Source: the human T2T-CHM13v2.0 reference genome, Homo sapiens | NCBI RefSeq assembly: GCF_009914755.1 | Contig: NC_060928.1 | Direction: 5' to 3' (one strand) | DNA: 64,000 bases | Part shown: positions 12,201 through 26,000 of the stretch, in pieces | How the letters are laid out: each line of letters starts with the position of its first letter | Numbering within the stretch: position 1 is the stretch's first letter | Notes under the pieces: model-generated | What the model was told of the DNA's origin: nothing | Database searches by the model: none | The model's input: the letters and a program-made list of their open reading frames with translations, nothing else | Position numbers and translations under genes: made by a program

Positions 12201-15200
12201 GTGAAAAAGGAAATATCTTCTGATAAAAACCAGAAACAAGCATTCTCAGAAACTTCTTTTTGATGTGTGTACTCAAGTAACAGAGTTGAACCTTCCTTTT
12301 GACACAGCAGTTTTGAAACAATCTTTTTGTAGAATCTGCAAGTGGATATTTGGATAGCTTTGAGGATTTCGTTGGAAACGGGATATCTTCATATAAAATC
12401 TAGAGAGAAGCTTTCTCAGAAACTTCTTTGTGCTGTATGTCCTCAATTAACAGATTTGAACCATTGCTTGGATACAGCATTTTGGAAACATTCCTTGAGT
12501 AGAATCTGCAAGTTGATATTTAGATAGATTTGAAGATTTCGTTGGAAAAGGGAATATCTCCATAGAAAATCTAGAGGGAAGCATTCTCAGAAACTGCTTT
12601 GTGATGTTTCCATTCAAGTCACAGAGTTGAATATTCCCTTTTATAGAGCACGTTTGAAACACTCTTTCTGCACTATCTGGAAGTGGACATTTCGAGCGCT
12701 TTGAGGCCTATGGTGAAAAAGGAAATATCTTCCCATAAAAACTAGACAGAAGCATTCTCAGAAACTTGTTTGTGATGTGTGTATTCAACTAACAGAGTTG
12801 AACTTTTGTTTTTACAGAGCCGTTTTAAAACACTCTTTTTGTGGAATCAGAAAGTGGATATTCGGATGGCTCTGAGGATTTCGTTGGAAGCGGGATTACA
12901 TATAAAATCTAGAGAGAAGCATTCTCAGGAACTTCTTTGTGATGTTTGCATTGAAGTCACAGAATTGAACATTCACTTTGATAGAGCAGGTTTGAAACAC
13001 TCATTCTGTAGTATCTGGAAGTGGACATTTCAAGCGCTTTCAGGCCTATGGTGAGAAAGGAGATATCTTCGAATAAAAACTAGACAGAAGCATCCTCAGA
13101 AACTTATTTGTGATGTGTGTCCTCAACTAACAGAGTTGAAACTTTGTTTTGATACAGCATTTTGGAAACACTCTTTTTGTAGAATCTGCAGGTGGATATT
13201 TGGATAGCTTAGAGGGATTCGTTGGAAAGGGGATATCTTCATATAAAATCTAGACAGAAGCATTCTCAGAAACTTATTTGTGATGTGTGTCCTCAACTAA
13301 CAGAGTTGAACCTTGGTTTTGATACAGCATTTTGGAAACACTCCTTTTGTAGAATCTGCAGGTGGATATGTGGATAGCTCTGAAGATTTCGTTGGAAACG
13401 GGAATTTCTTCATATAAAATCAAACAGAAGCATTCTCAGAAACTTCTCAGTGATGTTTGCATTCAGCTCATGGAGTTGAACACTTCCTTTCATAGAGCCG
13501 GTTTGAAACACTCTTTCTGCACTACCTGGAAGAGGACATTTCGAGCGCTTTGAGTCCTATGGTGAAAAAGGAAATATCTTCTCATAAAAACCAGAAAGAA
13601 GCATTCTCAGAAACTTCTTTGTGTTGTGTGTACTCATGTAACAGTGTTGAACCATCCTTTTGACAGAGCAGTTTTGAAACACTCTTTTTGTAGAATCTGC
13701 AAGTGGATATTTGGATAGCTTTGAGGATTTCGTTGGAAACGGGATGACATATAATATCTAGAGAGAAGCATACTCAGGAACTTCTTTGTGATGTTTGCAT
13801 TCAAGTCACAGAATTGAACATTCCCTTTCATAGAGCAGGTTTGAAACACTCTTTCTCTAGTATCTGGAAGTGGGCATTTCAAGCGCTTTCAGGCCTATGG
13901 AGAGAAAGGAAATACCTTCAAATAAAAACTAGACAGAAGCATTCTCAGAAACTTATTTGTGATGTGTGTTCTCAACTAACAGAGTTGAACCTTTGTTTTG
14001 ATACAGCATTTTGGAAACACTCCTTTTGTAGAATCTGCAGGTGGATATTTGGATAACTTTGAAGATTTCGTTGGAAACCGGAATATCTTCATATAAAATC
14101 AAGACAGAAGCATTCTCGGAAACATCTCTGTGATGTTTGCATTCAACTCAGTAGAGTTGAACACTTCCTTTCATAGAGCAGGTTTGAAACACTCTTTCTG
14201 CACTACCTGGAAGCGGACATTTCGAGCGCTTTGAGGCCTATGGTGAAAAAGGAAATATCTTCTCATAAAAACCAGAAAGAAGCATTCTCAGAAACTTCTT
14301 TGTGTTGTGTGTACTCAAGTAACAGTGTTGAACCTTCCTTTTGACACAGCAGTTTTGAAACACTCTTTTGGTAGAATCTGCAAGTGGATATTTGGATAGC
14401 TTTGAGGATTTCGTTGGAAACGGGTTATCTTCATATAAAATCCAGACAGGAGCATTCTCAGAAACTTCTTTGTGCTGCATGTCCTCAATTCACAGAGCTG
14501 AACCTTTGTTTGGATACAGCATTTTGGAAACATTCCTTTAGTAGAATCTGCAAGTTGATATTTAGATAGCTTTGAAGATTTCGTTGGTAACGGGAATATC
14601 TTCATAGAAAATCTAGACGGAAGCATTCTCAGAAACTGCTTTGTGATGTTTGCATTCAAGTCACAGAGTTGAATATTCCCTTTTATAGAGTAGGTTTGAA
14701 ACACTCTTTCGGCACTACCTGGAAGTGGATATTTCGAGCTCTTTGAGGCCTATGGTTAAAAGGAAATATCTTCCCATAAAAACTAGACAGAAGCCGTCTC
14801 AGAAACTTGTTTGTGATGTGTGTATTCAACTAACAGAGTTGAACATTTCTGTTACAGAGCAATTTTAAAACACTCTTTTTGTGGAATCTGAAAGTGGATA
14901 ATTGGATAGCTTTGTGGATTTCGTTGGAAACGGGATGACGTATAAAATCTAGAGAGAAGCATTCTCAGGAACTTCTTTGTGATGTTTGCATTCAAGTCAC
15001 AGAATTGAACATTCCTTTTCATAGTGCAGGTTTGAAACACTCTTTCTGTAGTATCTGGAAGTGGACATTTCAAGCGCTTTCAGGCCTACGGGGAGAAAGG
15101 AAATATCTTCAAATAAAAACTAGACAGAAGGATTCTCAGAAACTTATTTGTGATGTGTGTCCTAAACGAACACAGTTGAACCTTTGTTTAGATACAGCAT

Positions 15201-15984
15201 TTTGGAAACACTCCTTTTGTAGGATCTGCAGGTGGATATTTGGATAGATTTTAAGATTTCGTTGGAAACGGGAGTTTCTTCATAGAAACTCAAGACAGAT
15301 GCATTCTCAGAAACATCTCTGTGATGTTTGCATTCCACTCATAGAGTTGAAAACTTCCTTTCATAGAGCAGGTTTGAAACACTCTTTTTGTAATATTTGG
15401 AAGTGGACATTTGCAGCGCTTTGAGGCCTATGGTGAAAAAGGAAATATCTTCTCATAAAAACCAGAAACAAGCATTCTCAGAAACTTCTTTTTGATGTGT
15501 GTACTCAAGTAACAGAGTTGAACCTTCCTTTTGACACAGCAGTTTTGAAACAATCTTTTTGTAGAATCTGCAAGTGGATATTTGGATAGCTTTGAGGATT
15601 TCGTTGGAAACGGGATATCTTCATATAAAATCTAGACAGAAGCATTCTCAGAAACTTCTTTGTGCTGTATGTCCTCAATTAACAGAGTTGAACCATTGCT
15701 TGGATACAGCATTTTGGAAACATTCCTTTAGTAGAATCTGCAAGTTGATATTTAGATAGATCTGAAGATTTCGTTGGAAAAGGGAATATCTCCATATAAA
15801 ATCTAGACGGAAGCATTCTCAGAAACTGCTTTGTGATGTTTCCATTCAAGTCACAGAGTTGAATATTCCCTTTTATAGAGCACGTTTGAAACACTCTTTC
15901 TGCACTATCTGGAAGTGGACATTTCGAGCGCTTTGAGGCCTATGGTGAAAAAGGAAATATCTTCCCATAAAAATTAGACAGAAG
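6289..15984 (+). repeat. Three canonical 19-mer HORs (starts 6289, 9521, 12753)
   Basis: m1 anchor recurs at exact 3232 bp spacing. Confidence 0.95.
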
Positions 15985-17001
15985 CATTCTCAGAAACTTG
16001 TTTGTGATGTGTGTATTCAACTAACAGAGTTGAACTTTTGTTTTTACAGAGCCGTTTTAAAACACTCTTTTTGTGGAATCAGAAAGTGGATATTCGGATG
16101 GCTCTGAGGATTTCGTTGGAAGCGGGATTACATATAAAATCTAGAGAGAAGCATTCTCAGGAACTTCTTTGTGATGTTTGCATTGAAGTCACAGAATTGA
16201 ACATTCACTTTGATAGAGCAGGTTTGAAACACTCATTCTGTAGTATCTGGAAGTGGACATTTCAAGCGCTTTCAGGCCTATGGTGAGAAAGGAAATATCT
16301 TCGAATAAAAACTAGACAGAAGCATCCTCAGAAACTTATTTGTGATGTGTGTCCTCAACCAACAGAGTTGAAACTTTGTTTTGATACAGCATTTTGGAAA
16401 CACTCCTTTTGTAGAATCTGCAGGTGGATATGTGGATAGCTCTGAAGATTTCGTTGGAAACGGGAATTTCTTCATATAAAATCAAACAGAAGCATTCTCA
16501 GAAACTTCTCAGTGATGTTTGCATTCAGCTCATGGAGTTGAACACTTCCTTTCATAGAGCCGGTTTGAAACACTCTTTCTGCACTACCTGGAAGAGGCCA
16601 TTTCGAGCGCTTTGAGTCCTATGGTGAAAAAGGAAATATCTTCTCATAAAAACCAGAAAGAAGCATTCTCAGAAACTTCTTTGTGTTGTGTGTACTCATG
16701 TAACAGTGTTGAACCATCCTTTTGACAGAGCAGTTTTGAAACACTCTTTTTGTAGAATCTGCAAGTGGATATTTGGATAGCTTTGAGGATTTCGTTGGAA
16801 ACGGGATGACATATAATATCTAGAGAGAAGCATTCTCAGGAACTTCTTTGTGCTGTTTGCATTCAAGTCACAGAATTGAACATTCCCTTTCATAGAGCAG
16901 ATTTGAAACACTCTTTCTCTAGTATCTGGAAGTGGGCATTTCAAGCGCTTTCAGGCCTATTGAGAGAAAGGAAATACCTTCAAATAAAAACTAGACAGAA
17001 G
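15985..17001 (+). repeat. 6-mer HOR structural variant, 1017 bp (m1, m2, m3/m4 hybrid, m5, m6, m7)
   Basis: m1 anchors at 15985 and 17002. The m3 start (CATCCTCAG) runs into the m4 end (GGATATGTGGATAGCTCTG), and m7 is followed directly by m1. Confidence 0.95.
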
Positions 17002-20000
17002 CATTCTCAGAAACTTGTTTGTGATGTGTGTATTCAACTAACAGAGTTGAACTTTTGTTTTTACAGAGCCGTTTTAAAACACTCTTTTTGTGGAATCCGA
17101 AAGTGGATATTCGGATGGCTCTGAGGATTTCGTTGGAAGCGGGATTACATATAAAATCTAGAGAGAAGCATTCTCAGGAACTTCTTTGTGATGTTTGCAT
17201 TGAAGTCACAGAATTGAACATTCACTTTGATAGAGCAGGTTTGAAACACTCATTCTGTAGTATCTGGAAGTGGACATTTCAAGCGCTTTCAGGCCTATGG
17301 TGAGAAAGGAAATATCTTCGAATAAAAACTAGACAGAAGCATCCTCAGAAACTTATTTGTGATGTGTGTCCTCAACTAACAGAGTTGAAACTTTGTTTTG
17401 ATACAGCATTTTGGAAACACTCTTTTTGTAGAATCTGCAGGTGGATATTTGGATAGCTTAGAGGGATTCGTTGGAAAGGGGATATCTTCATATAAAATCT
17501 AGACAGAAGCATTCTCAGAAACTTATTTGTGATGTGTGTCCTCAACTAACAGAGTTGAACCTTGGTTTTGATACAGCATTTTGGAAACACTCCTTTTGTA
17601 GAATCTGCAGGTGGATATGTGGATAGCTCTGAAGATTTCGTTGGAAACGGGAATTTCTTCATATAAAATCAAACAGAAGCATTCTCAGAAACTTCTCAGT
17701 GATGTTTGCATTCAGCTCATGGAGTTGAACACTTCCTTTCATAGAGCCGGTTTGAAACACTCTTTCTGCACTACCTGGAAGAGGACATTTCGAGCGCTTT
17801 GAGTCCTATGGTGAAAAAGGAAATATCTTCTCATAAAAACCAGAAAGAAGCATTCTCAGAAACTTCTTTGTGTTGTGTGTACTCATGTAACAGTGTTGAA
17901 CCATCCTTTTGACAGAGCAGTTTTGAAACACTCTTTTTGTAGAATCTGCAAGTGGATATTTGGATAGCTTTGAGGATTTCGTTGGAAACGGGATGACATA
18001 TAATCTCTAGAGAGAAGCATACTCAGGAACTTCTTTGTGATGTTTGCATTCAAGTCACAGAATTGAACATTCCCTTTCATAGAGCAGGTTTGAAACACTC
18101 TTTCTCTAGTATCTGGAAGTGGGCATTTCAAGCGTTTTCAGGCCTATTGAGAGAAAGGAAATACCTTCAAATAAAAACTAGACAGAAGCATTCTCAGAAA
18201 CTTATTTGTGATGTGTGTCCTCAACTAACAGAGTTGAACCTTTGTTTTGATACAGCATTTTGGAAACACTCCTTTTGTAGATTCTGCAGGTGGATATTTG
18301 GATAACTTTGAAGATTTCGTTGGAAACCGGAATATCTTCATATAAAATCAAGACAGAAGCATTCTCGGAAACATCTCTGTGATGTTTGCATTCAACTCAG
18401 TAGAGTTGAACACTTCCTTTCATAGAGCAGGTTTGAAACACTCTTTCTGCACTACCTGGAAGCGGACATTTCGAGCGCTTTGAGGCCTATGGTGAAAAAG
18501 GAAATATCTTCTCATAAAAACCAGAAAGAAGCATTCTCAGAAACTTCTTTGTGTTGTGTGTACTCAAGTAACAGTGTTGAACCTTCCTGTTGACACAGCA
18601 GTTTTGAAACACTCTTTTGGTAGAATCTGCAAGTGGATATTTGGATAGCTTTGAGGATTTCGTTGGAAACGGGTTATCTTCATATAAAATCCAGACAGGA
18701 GCATTCTCAGAAACTTCTTTGTGCTGCATGTCCTCAATTCACAGAGCTGAACCTTTGTTTGGATACAGCATTTTGGAAACATTCCTTTAGTAGAATCTGC
18801 AAGTTGATATTTAGATAGCTTTGAAGATTTCGTTGGAAACGGGAATATCTTCATAGAAAATCTAGACGGAAGCATTCTCAGAAACTGCTTTGTGATGTTT
18901 GCATTCAAGTCACAGAGTTGAATATTCCCTTTTATAGAGTAGGTTTGAAACACTCTTTTGGCACTACCTGGAAGTGGATATTTCGAGCTCTTTGAGGCCT
19001 ATGGTTAAAAGGAAATATCTTCCCATAAAAACTAGACAGAAGCCGTCTCAGAAACTTGTTTGTGATGTGTGTATTCAACTAACAGAGTTGAACATTTCTG
19101 TTACAGAGCAATTTTAAAACACTCTTTTTGTGGAATCTGAAAGTGGATAATTGGATAGCTTTGTGGATTTCGTTGGAAACGGGATGACGTATAAAATCTA
19201 GAGAGAAGCATTCTCAGGAACTTCTTTCTGATGTTTGCATTCAAGTCACAGAATTGAACATTCCTTTTCATAGTGCAGGTTTGAAACACTCTTTCTGTAG
19301 TATCTGGAAGTGGACATTTCAAGCGCTTTCAGGCCTACGGGGAGAAAGGAAATATCTTCAAATAAAAACTAGACAGAAGGATTCTCAGAAACTTATTTGT
19401 GATGTGTGTCCTAAACGAACACAGTTGAACCTTTGTTTTGATACAGCATTTTGGAAACACTCCTTTTGTAGGATCTGCAGGTGGATATTTGGATAGATTT
19501 TAAGATTTCGTTGGAAACGGGAGTTTCTTCATAGAAACTCAAGACAGATGCATTCTCAGAAACATCTCTGTGATGTTTGCATTCCACTCATAGAGTTGAA
19601 AACTTCCTTTCATAGAGCAGGTTTGAAACACTCTTTTTGTAATATTTGGAAGTGGACATTTGCAGCACTTTGAGGCCTATGGTGAAAAAGGAAATATCTT
19701 CTCATAAAAACCAGAAACAAGCATTCTCAGAAACTTCTTTTTGATGTGTGTACTCAAGTAACAGAGTTGAACCTTCCTTTTGACACAGCAGTTTTGAAAC
19801 AATCTTTTTGTAGAATCTGCAAGTGGATATTTGGATAGCTTTGAGGATTTCGTTGGAAACGGGATATCCTCATATAAAATCTAGACAGAAGCATTCTCAG
19901 AAACTTCTTTGTGCTGTATGCCCTCAATTAACAGAGTTGAACCATTGCTTGGATACAGCATTTTGGAAACATTCCTTGAGTAGAATCTGCAAGTTGATAT

Positions 20001-23000
20001 TTAGATAGATTTGAAGATTTCATTGGAAAAGGGAATATCTCCATATAAAATCTAGAGGGAAGCATTCTCAGAAACTGCTTTGTGATGTTTCCATTCAAGT
20101 CACAGAGTTGAATATTCCCTTTTATAGAGCACGTTTGAAACACTCTTTCTGCACTATCTGGAAGTGGACATTTCGAGCGCTTTGAGGCCTATGTTGAAAA
20201 AGGAAATATCTTCCCATAAAAACTAGACAGAAGCATTCTCAGAAACTTGTTTGTGATGTGTGTATTCAACTAACAGAGTTGAACTTTTGTTTTTACAGAG
20301 CCGTTTTAAAACACTCTTTTTGTGGAATCAGAAAGTGGATATTCGGATGGCTCTGAGGATTTCGTTGGAAGCGGGATTACATATAAAATCTAGAGAGAAG
20401 CATTCTCAGGAACTTCTTTGTGATGTTTGCATTGAAGTCACAGAATTGAACATTCACTTTGATAGAGCAGGTTTGAAACACTCATTCTGTAGTATCTGGA
20501 AGTGGACATTTCAAGCGCTTTCAGGCCTATGGTGAGAAAGGAAATATCTTCGAATAAAAACTAGACAGAAGCATCCTCAGAAACTTATTTGTGATGTGTG
20601 TCCTCAACTAACAGAGTTGAAACTTTGTTTTGATACAGCATTTTGGAAACACTCTTTTTGTAGAATCTGCAGGTGGATATTTGGATAGCTTAGAGGGATT
20701 CGTTGGAAAGGGGATATCTTCATATAAAATCTAGACAGAAGCATTCTCAGAAACTTATTTGTGATGTGTGTCCTCAACTAACAGAGTTGAACCTTGGTTT
20801 TGATACAGCATTTTGGAAACGCTCCTTTTGTAGAATCTGCAGGTGGATATGTGGATAGCTCTGAAGATTTCGTTGGAAACGGGAATTTCTTCATATAAAA
20901 TCAAAGAGAAGCATTCTCAGAAACTTCTCAGTGATGTTTGCATTCAGCTCATGGAGTTGAACACTTCCTGTCATAGAACCGGTTTGAAACACACTTTCTG
21001 CACTACCTGGAAGAGGACATTTCGAGCGCTTTGAGTCCTATGGTGAAAAAGGAAATATCTTCTCATAAAAACCAGAAAGAAGCATTCTCAGAAACTTCTT
21101 TGTGTTGTGTGTACTCATGTAACAGTGTTGAACCATCCTTTTGACAGAGCAGTTTTGAAACACTCTTTTTGTAGAATCTGCAAGTGGATATTTGGATAGC
21201 TTTGAGGATTTCGTTGGAAACGGGATGACATATAATATCTAGAGAGAAGCATTCTCAGGAACTTCTTTGTGATGTTTGCATTCAAGTCACAGAATTGAAC
21301 ATTCCCTTTCATAGAGCAGGTTTGAAACACTCTTTCTCTAGTATCTGGAAGTGGGCATTTCAAGCGCTTTCAGGCCTATGGAGAGAAAGGAAATACCTTC
21401 AAATAAAAACTAGACAGAAGCATTCTCAGAAACTTATTTGTGATGTGTGTCCTCAACTAACAGAGTTGAACCTTTGTTTTGATACAGCATTTTGGAAACA
21501 CTCCTTTTGTAGAATCTGCAGGTGGATATTTGGATAACTTTGAAGATTTCGTTGGAAACCGGAATATCTTCATATAAAATCAAGACAGAAGCATTCTCGG
21601 AAAAATCTCTGTGATGTTTGCATTCAACTCAGTAGAGTTGAACACTTCCTTTCATAGAGCCGGTTTGAAACACTCTTTCTGCACTACCTGGAAGCGGACA
21701 TTTCGAGCGCTTTGAGGCCTATGGTGAAAAAGGAAATATCTTCTCATAAAAACCAGAAAGAAGCATTCTCAGAAACTTCTTTGTGTTGTGTGTACTCAAG
21801 TAACAGTGTTGAACCTTCCTTTTGACACAGCAGTTTTGAAACACTCTTTTGGTAGAATCTGCAAGTGGATATTTGGATAGCTTTGAGGATTTCGTTGGAA
21901 ACGGGTTATCTTCATATAAAATCCAGACAGGAGCATTCTCAGAAACTTCTTTGTGCTGCATGTCCTCAATTCACAGAGCTGAACCTTTGTTTGGATACAG
22001 CATTTTGGAAACATTCCTTTAGTAGAATCTGCAAGTTGATATTTAGATAGCTTTGAAGATTTCGTTGGAAACGGGAATATCTTCATAGAAAATCTAGACG
22101 GAAGCATTCTCAGAAACTGCTTTGTGATGTTTGCATTCAAGTCACAGAGTTGAATATTCCCTTTTATAGAGTAGGTTTGAAACACTCTTTTGGCACTACC
22201 TGGAAGTGGATATTTCGAGCTCTTTGAGGCCTATGGTTAAAAGGAAATATCTTCCCATAAAAACTAGACAGAAGCCGTCTCAGAAACTTGTTTGTGATGT
22301 GTGTATTCAACTAACAGAGTTGAACATTTCTGTTACAGAGCAATTTTAAAACACTCTTTTTGTGGAATCTGAAAGTGGATAATTGGATAGCTTTGTGGAT
22401 TTCGTTGGAAACGGGATGACGTATAAAATCTAGAGAGAAGCATTCTCAGGAACTTCTTTGTGATGTTTGCATTCAAGTCACAGAATTGAACATTCCCTTT
22501 CATAGAGCAGGTTTGAAACACTCTTTCTCTAGTATCTGGAAGTGGGCATTTCAAGCGCTTTCAGGCCTATGGAGAGAAAGGAAATACCTTCAAATAAAAA
22601 CTAGACAGAAGCATTCTCAGAAACTTATTTGTGATGTGTGTCCTCAACTAACAGAGTTGAACCTTTGTTTTGATACAGCATTTTGGAAACACTCCTTTTG
22701 TAGGATCTGCAGGTGGATATTTGGATAGATTTTAAGATTTCGTTGGAAACGGGAGTTTCTTCATAGAAACTCAAGACAGATGCATTCTCAGAAACATCTC
22801 TGTGATGTTTGCATTCCACTCATAGAGTTGAAAACTTCCTTTCATAGAGCAGGTTTGAAACACTCTTTTTGTAATATTTGGAAGTGGACATTTGCAGCGC
22901 TTTGAGGCCTATGGTGAAAAAGGAAATATCTTCTGATAAAAACCAGAAACAAGCATTCTCAGAAACTTCTTTTTGATGTGTGTACTCAAGTAACAGAGTT

Positions 23001-26000
23001 GAACCTTCCTTTTGACACAGCAGTTTTGAAACAATCTTTTTGTAGAATCTGCAAGTGGATATTTGGATAGCTTTGAGGATTTCGTTGGAAACGGGATATC
23101 TTCATATAAAATCTAGAGAGAAGCTTTCTCAGAAACTTCTTTGTGCTGTATGTCCTCAATTAACAGATTTGAACCATTGCTTGGATACAGCATTTTGGAA
23201 ACATTCCTTGAGTAGAATCTGCAAGTTGATATTTAGATAGATTTGAAGATTTCGTTGGAAAAGGGAATATCTCCATAGAAAATCTAGAGGGAAGCATTCT
23301 CAGAAACTGCTTTGTGATGTTTCCATTCAAGTCACAGAGTTGAATATTCCCTTTTATAGAGCACGTTTGAAACACTCTTTCTGCACTATCTGGAAGTGGA
23401 CATTTCGAGCGCTTTGAGGCCTATGGTGAAAAAGGAAATATCTTCCCATAAAAACTAGACAGAAGCATTCTCAGAAACTTGTTTGTGATGTGTGTATTCA
23501 ACTAACAGAGTTGAACTTTTGTTTTTACAGAGCCGTTTTAAAACACTCTTTTTGTGGAATCAGAAAGTGGATATTCGGATGGCTCTGAGGATTTCGTTGG
23601 AAGCGGGATTACATATAAAATCTAGAGAGAAGCATTCTCAGGAACTTCTTTGTGATGTTTGCATTGAAGTCACAGAATTGAACATTCACTTTGATAGAGC
23701 AGGTTTGAAACACTCATTCTGTAGTATCTGGAAGTGGACATTTCAAGCGCTTTCAGGCCTATGGTGAGAAAGGAAATATCTTCGAATAAAAACTAGACAG
23801 AAGCATCCTCAGAAACTTATTTGTGATGTGTGTCCTCAACTAACAGAGTTGAAACTTTGTTTTGATACAGCATTTTGGAAACACTCTTTTTGTAGAATCT
23901 GCAGGTGGATATTTGGATAGCTTAGAGGGATTCGTTGGAAAGGGGATATCTTCATATAAAATCTAGACAGAAGCATTCTCAGAAACTTATTTGTGATGTG
24001 TGTCCTCAACTAACAGAGTTGAACCTTGGTTTTGATACAGCATTTTGGAAACACTCCTTTTGTAGAATCTGCAGGTGGATATGTGGATAGCTCTGAAGAT
24101 TTCGTTGGAAACGGGAATTTCTTCATATAAAATCAAACAGAAGCATTCTCAGAAACTTCTCAGTGATGTTTGCATTCAGCTCATGGAGTTGAACACTTCC
24201 TTTCATAGAGCCGGTTTGAAACACTCTTTCTGCACTACCTGGAAGAGGCCATTTCGAGCGCTTTGAGTCCTATGGTGAAAAAGGAAATATCTTCTCATAA
24301 AAACCAGAAAGAAGCATTCTCAGAAACTTCTTTGTGTTGTGTGTACTCATGTAACAGTGTTGAACCATCCTTTTGACAGAGCAGTTTTGAAACACTCTTT
24401 TTGTAGAATCTGCAAGTGGATATTTGGATAGCTTTGAGGATTTCGTTGGAAACGGGATGACATATAATATCTAGAGAGAAGCATTCTCAGGAACTTCTTT
24501 GTGATGTTTGCATTCAAGTCACAGAATTGAACATTCCCTTTCATAGAGCAGGTTTGAAACACTCTTTCTCTAGTATCTGGAAGTGGGCATTTCAAGCGCT
24601 TTCAGGCCTATGGAGAGAAAGGAAATACCTTCAAATAAAAACTAGACAGAAGCATTCTCAGAAACTTATTTGTGATGTGTGTCCTCAACTAACAGAGTTG
24701 AACCTTTGTTTTGATACAGCATTTTGGAAACACTCCTTTTGTAGAATCTGCAGGTGGATATTTGGATAACTTTGAAGATTTCGTTGGAAACCGGAATATC
24801 TTCATATAAAATCAAGACAGAAGCATTCTCGGAAACATCTCTGTGATGTTTGCATTCAACTCAGTAGAGTTGAACACTTCCTTTCATAGAGCCGGTTTGA
24901 AACACTCTTTCTGCACTACCTGGAAGCGGACATTTCGAGCGCTTTGAGGCCTATGGTGAAAAAGGAAATATCTTCTCATAAAAACCAGAAAGAAGCATTC
25001 TCAGAAACTTCTTTGTGTTGTGTGTACTCAAGTAACAGTGTTGAACCTTCCTTTTGACACAGCAGTTTTGAAACACTCTTTTGGTAGAATCTGCAAGTGG
25101 ATATTTGGATAGCTTTGAGGATTTCGTTGGAAACGGGTTATCTTCATATAAAATCCAGACAGGAGCATTCTCAGAAACTTCTTTGTGCTGCATGTCCTCA
25201 ATTCACAGAGCTGAACCTTTGTTTGGATACAGCATTTTGGAAACATTCCTTTAGTAGAATCTGCAAGTTGATATTTAGATAGCTTTGAAGATTTCGTTGG
25301 AAACGGGAATATCTTCATAGAAAATCTAGACGGAAGCATTCTCAGAAACTGCTTTGTGATGTTTGCATTCAAGTCACAGAGTTGAATATTCCCTTTTATA
25401 GAGTAGGTTTGAAACACTCTTTTGGCACTACCTGGAAGTGGATATTTCGAGCTCTTTGAGGCCTATGGTTAAAAGGAAATATCTTCCCATAAAAACTAGA
25501 CAGAAGCCGTCTCAGAAACTTGTTTGTGATGTGTGTATTCAACTAACAGAGTTGAACATTTCTGTTACAGAGCAATTTTAAAACACTCTTTTTGTGGAAT
25601 CTGAAAGTGGATAATTGGATAGCTTTGTGGATTTCGTTGGAAACGGGATGACGTATAAAATCTAGAGAGAAGCATTCTCAGGAACTTCTTTGTGATGTTT
25701 GCATTCAAGTCACAGAATTGAACATTCCCTTTCATAGAGCAGGTTTGAAACACTCTTTCTCTAGTATCTGGAAGTGGGCATTTCAAGCGCTTTCAGGCCT
25801 ACGGAGAGAAAGGAAATACCTTCAAATAAAAACTAGACAGAAGCATTCTCAGAAACTTATTTGTGATGTGTGTCCTCAACTAACAGAGTTGAACCTTTGT
25901 TTTGATACAGCATTTTGGAAACACTCCTTTTGTAGGATCTGCAGGTGGATATTTGGATAGATTTTAAGATTTCGTTGGAAACGGGAGTTTCTTCATAGAA

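Noticed and set aside
15721-15815. m11-like alleles in m18 of HORs preceding 6-mers as a second conversion tract
   Set aside because: There are only two informative sites, interleaved with native m18 alleles, so retained ancestral states explain it equally well.
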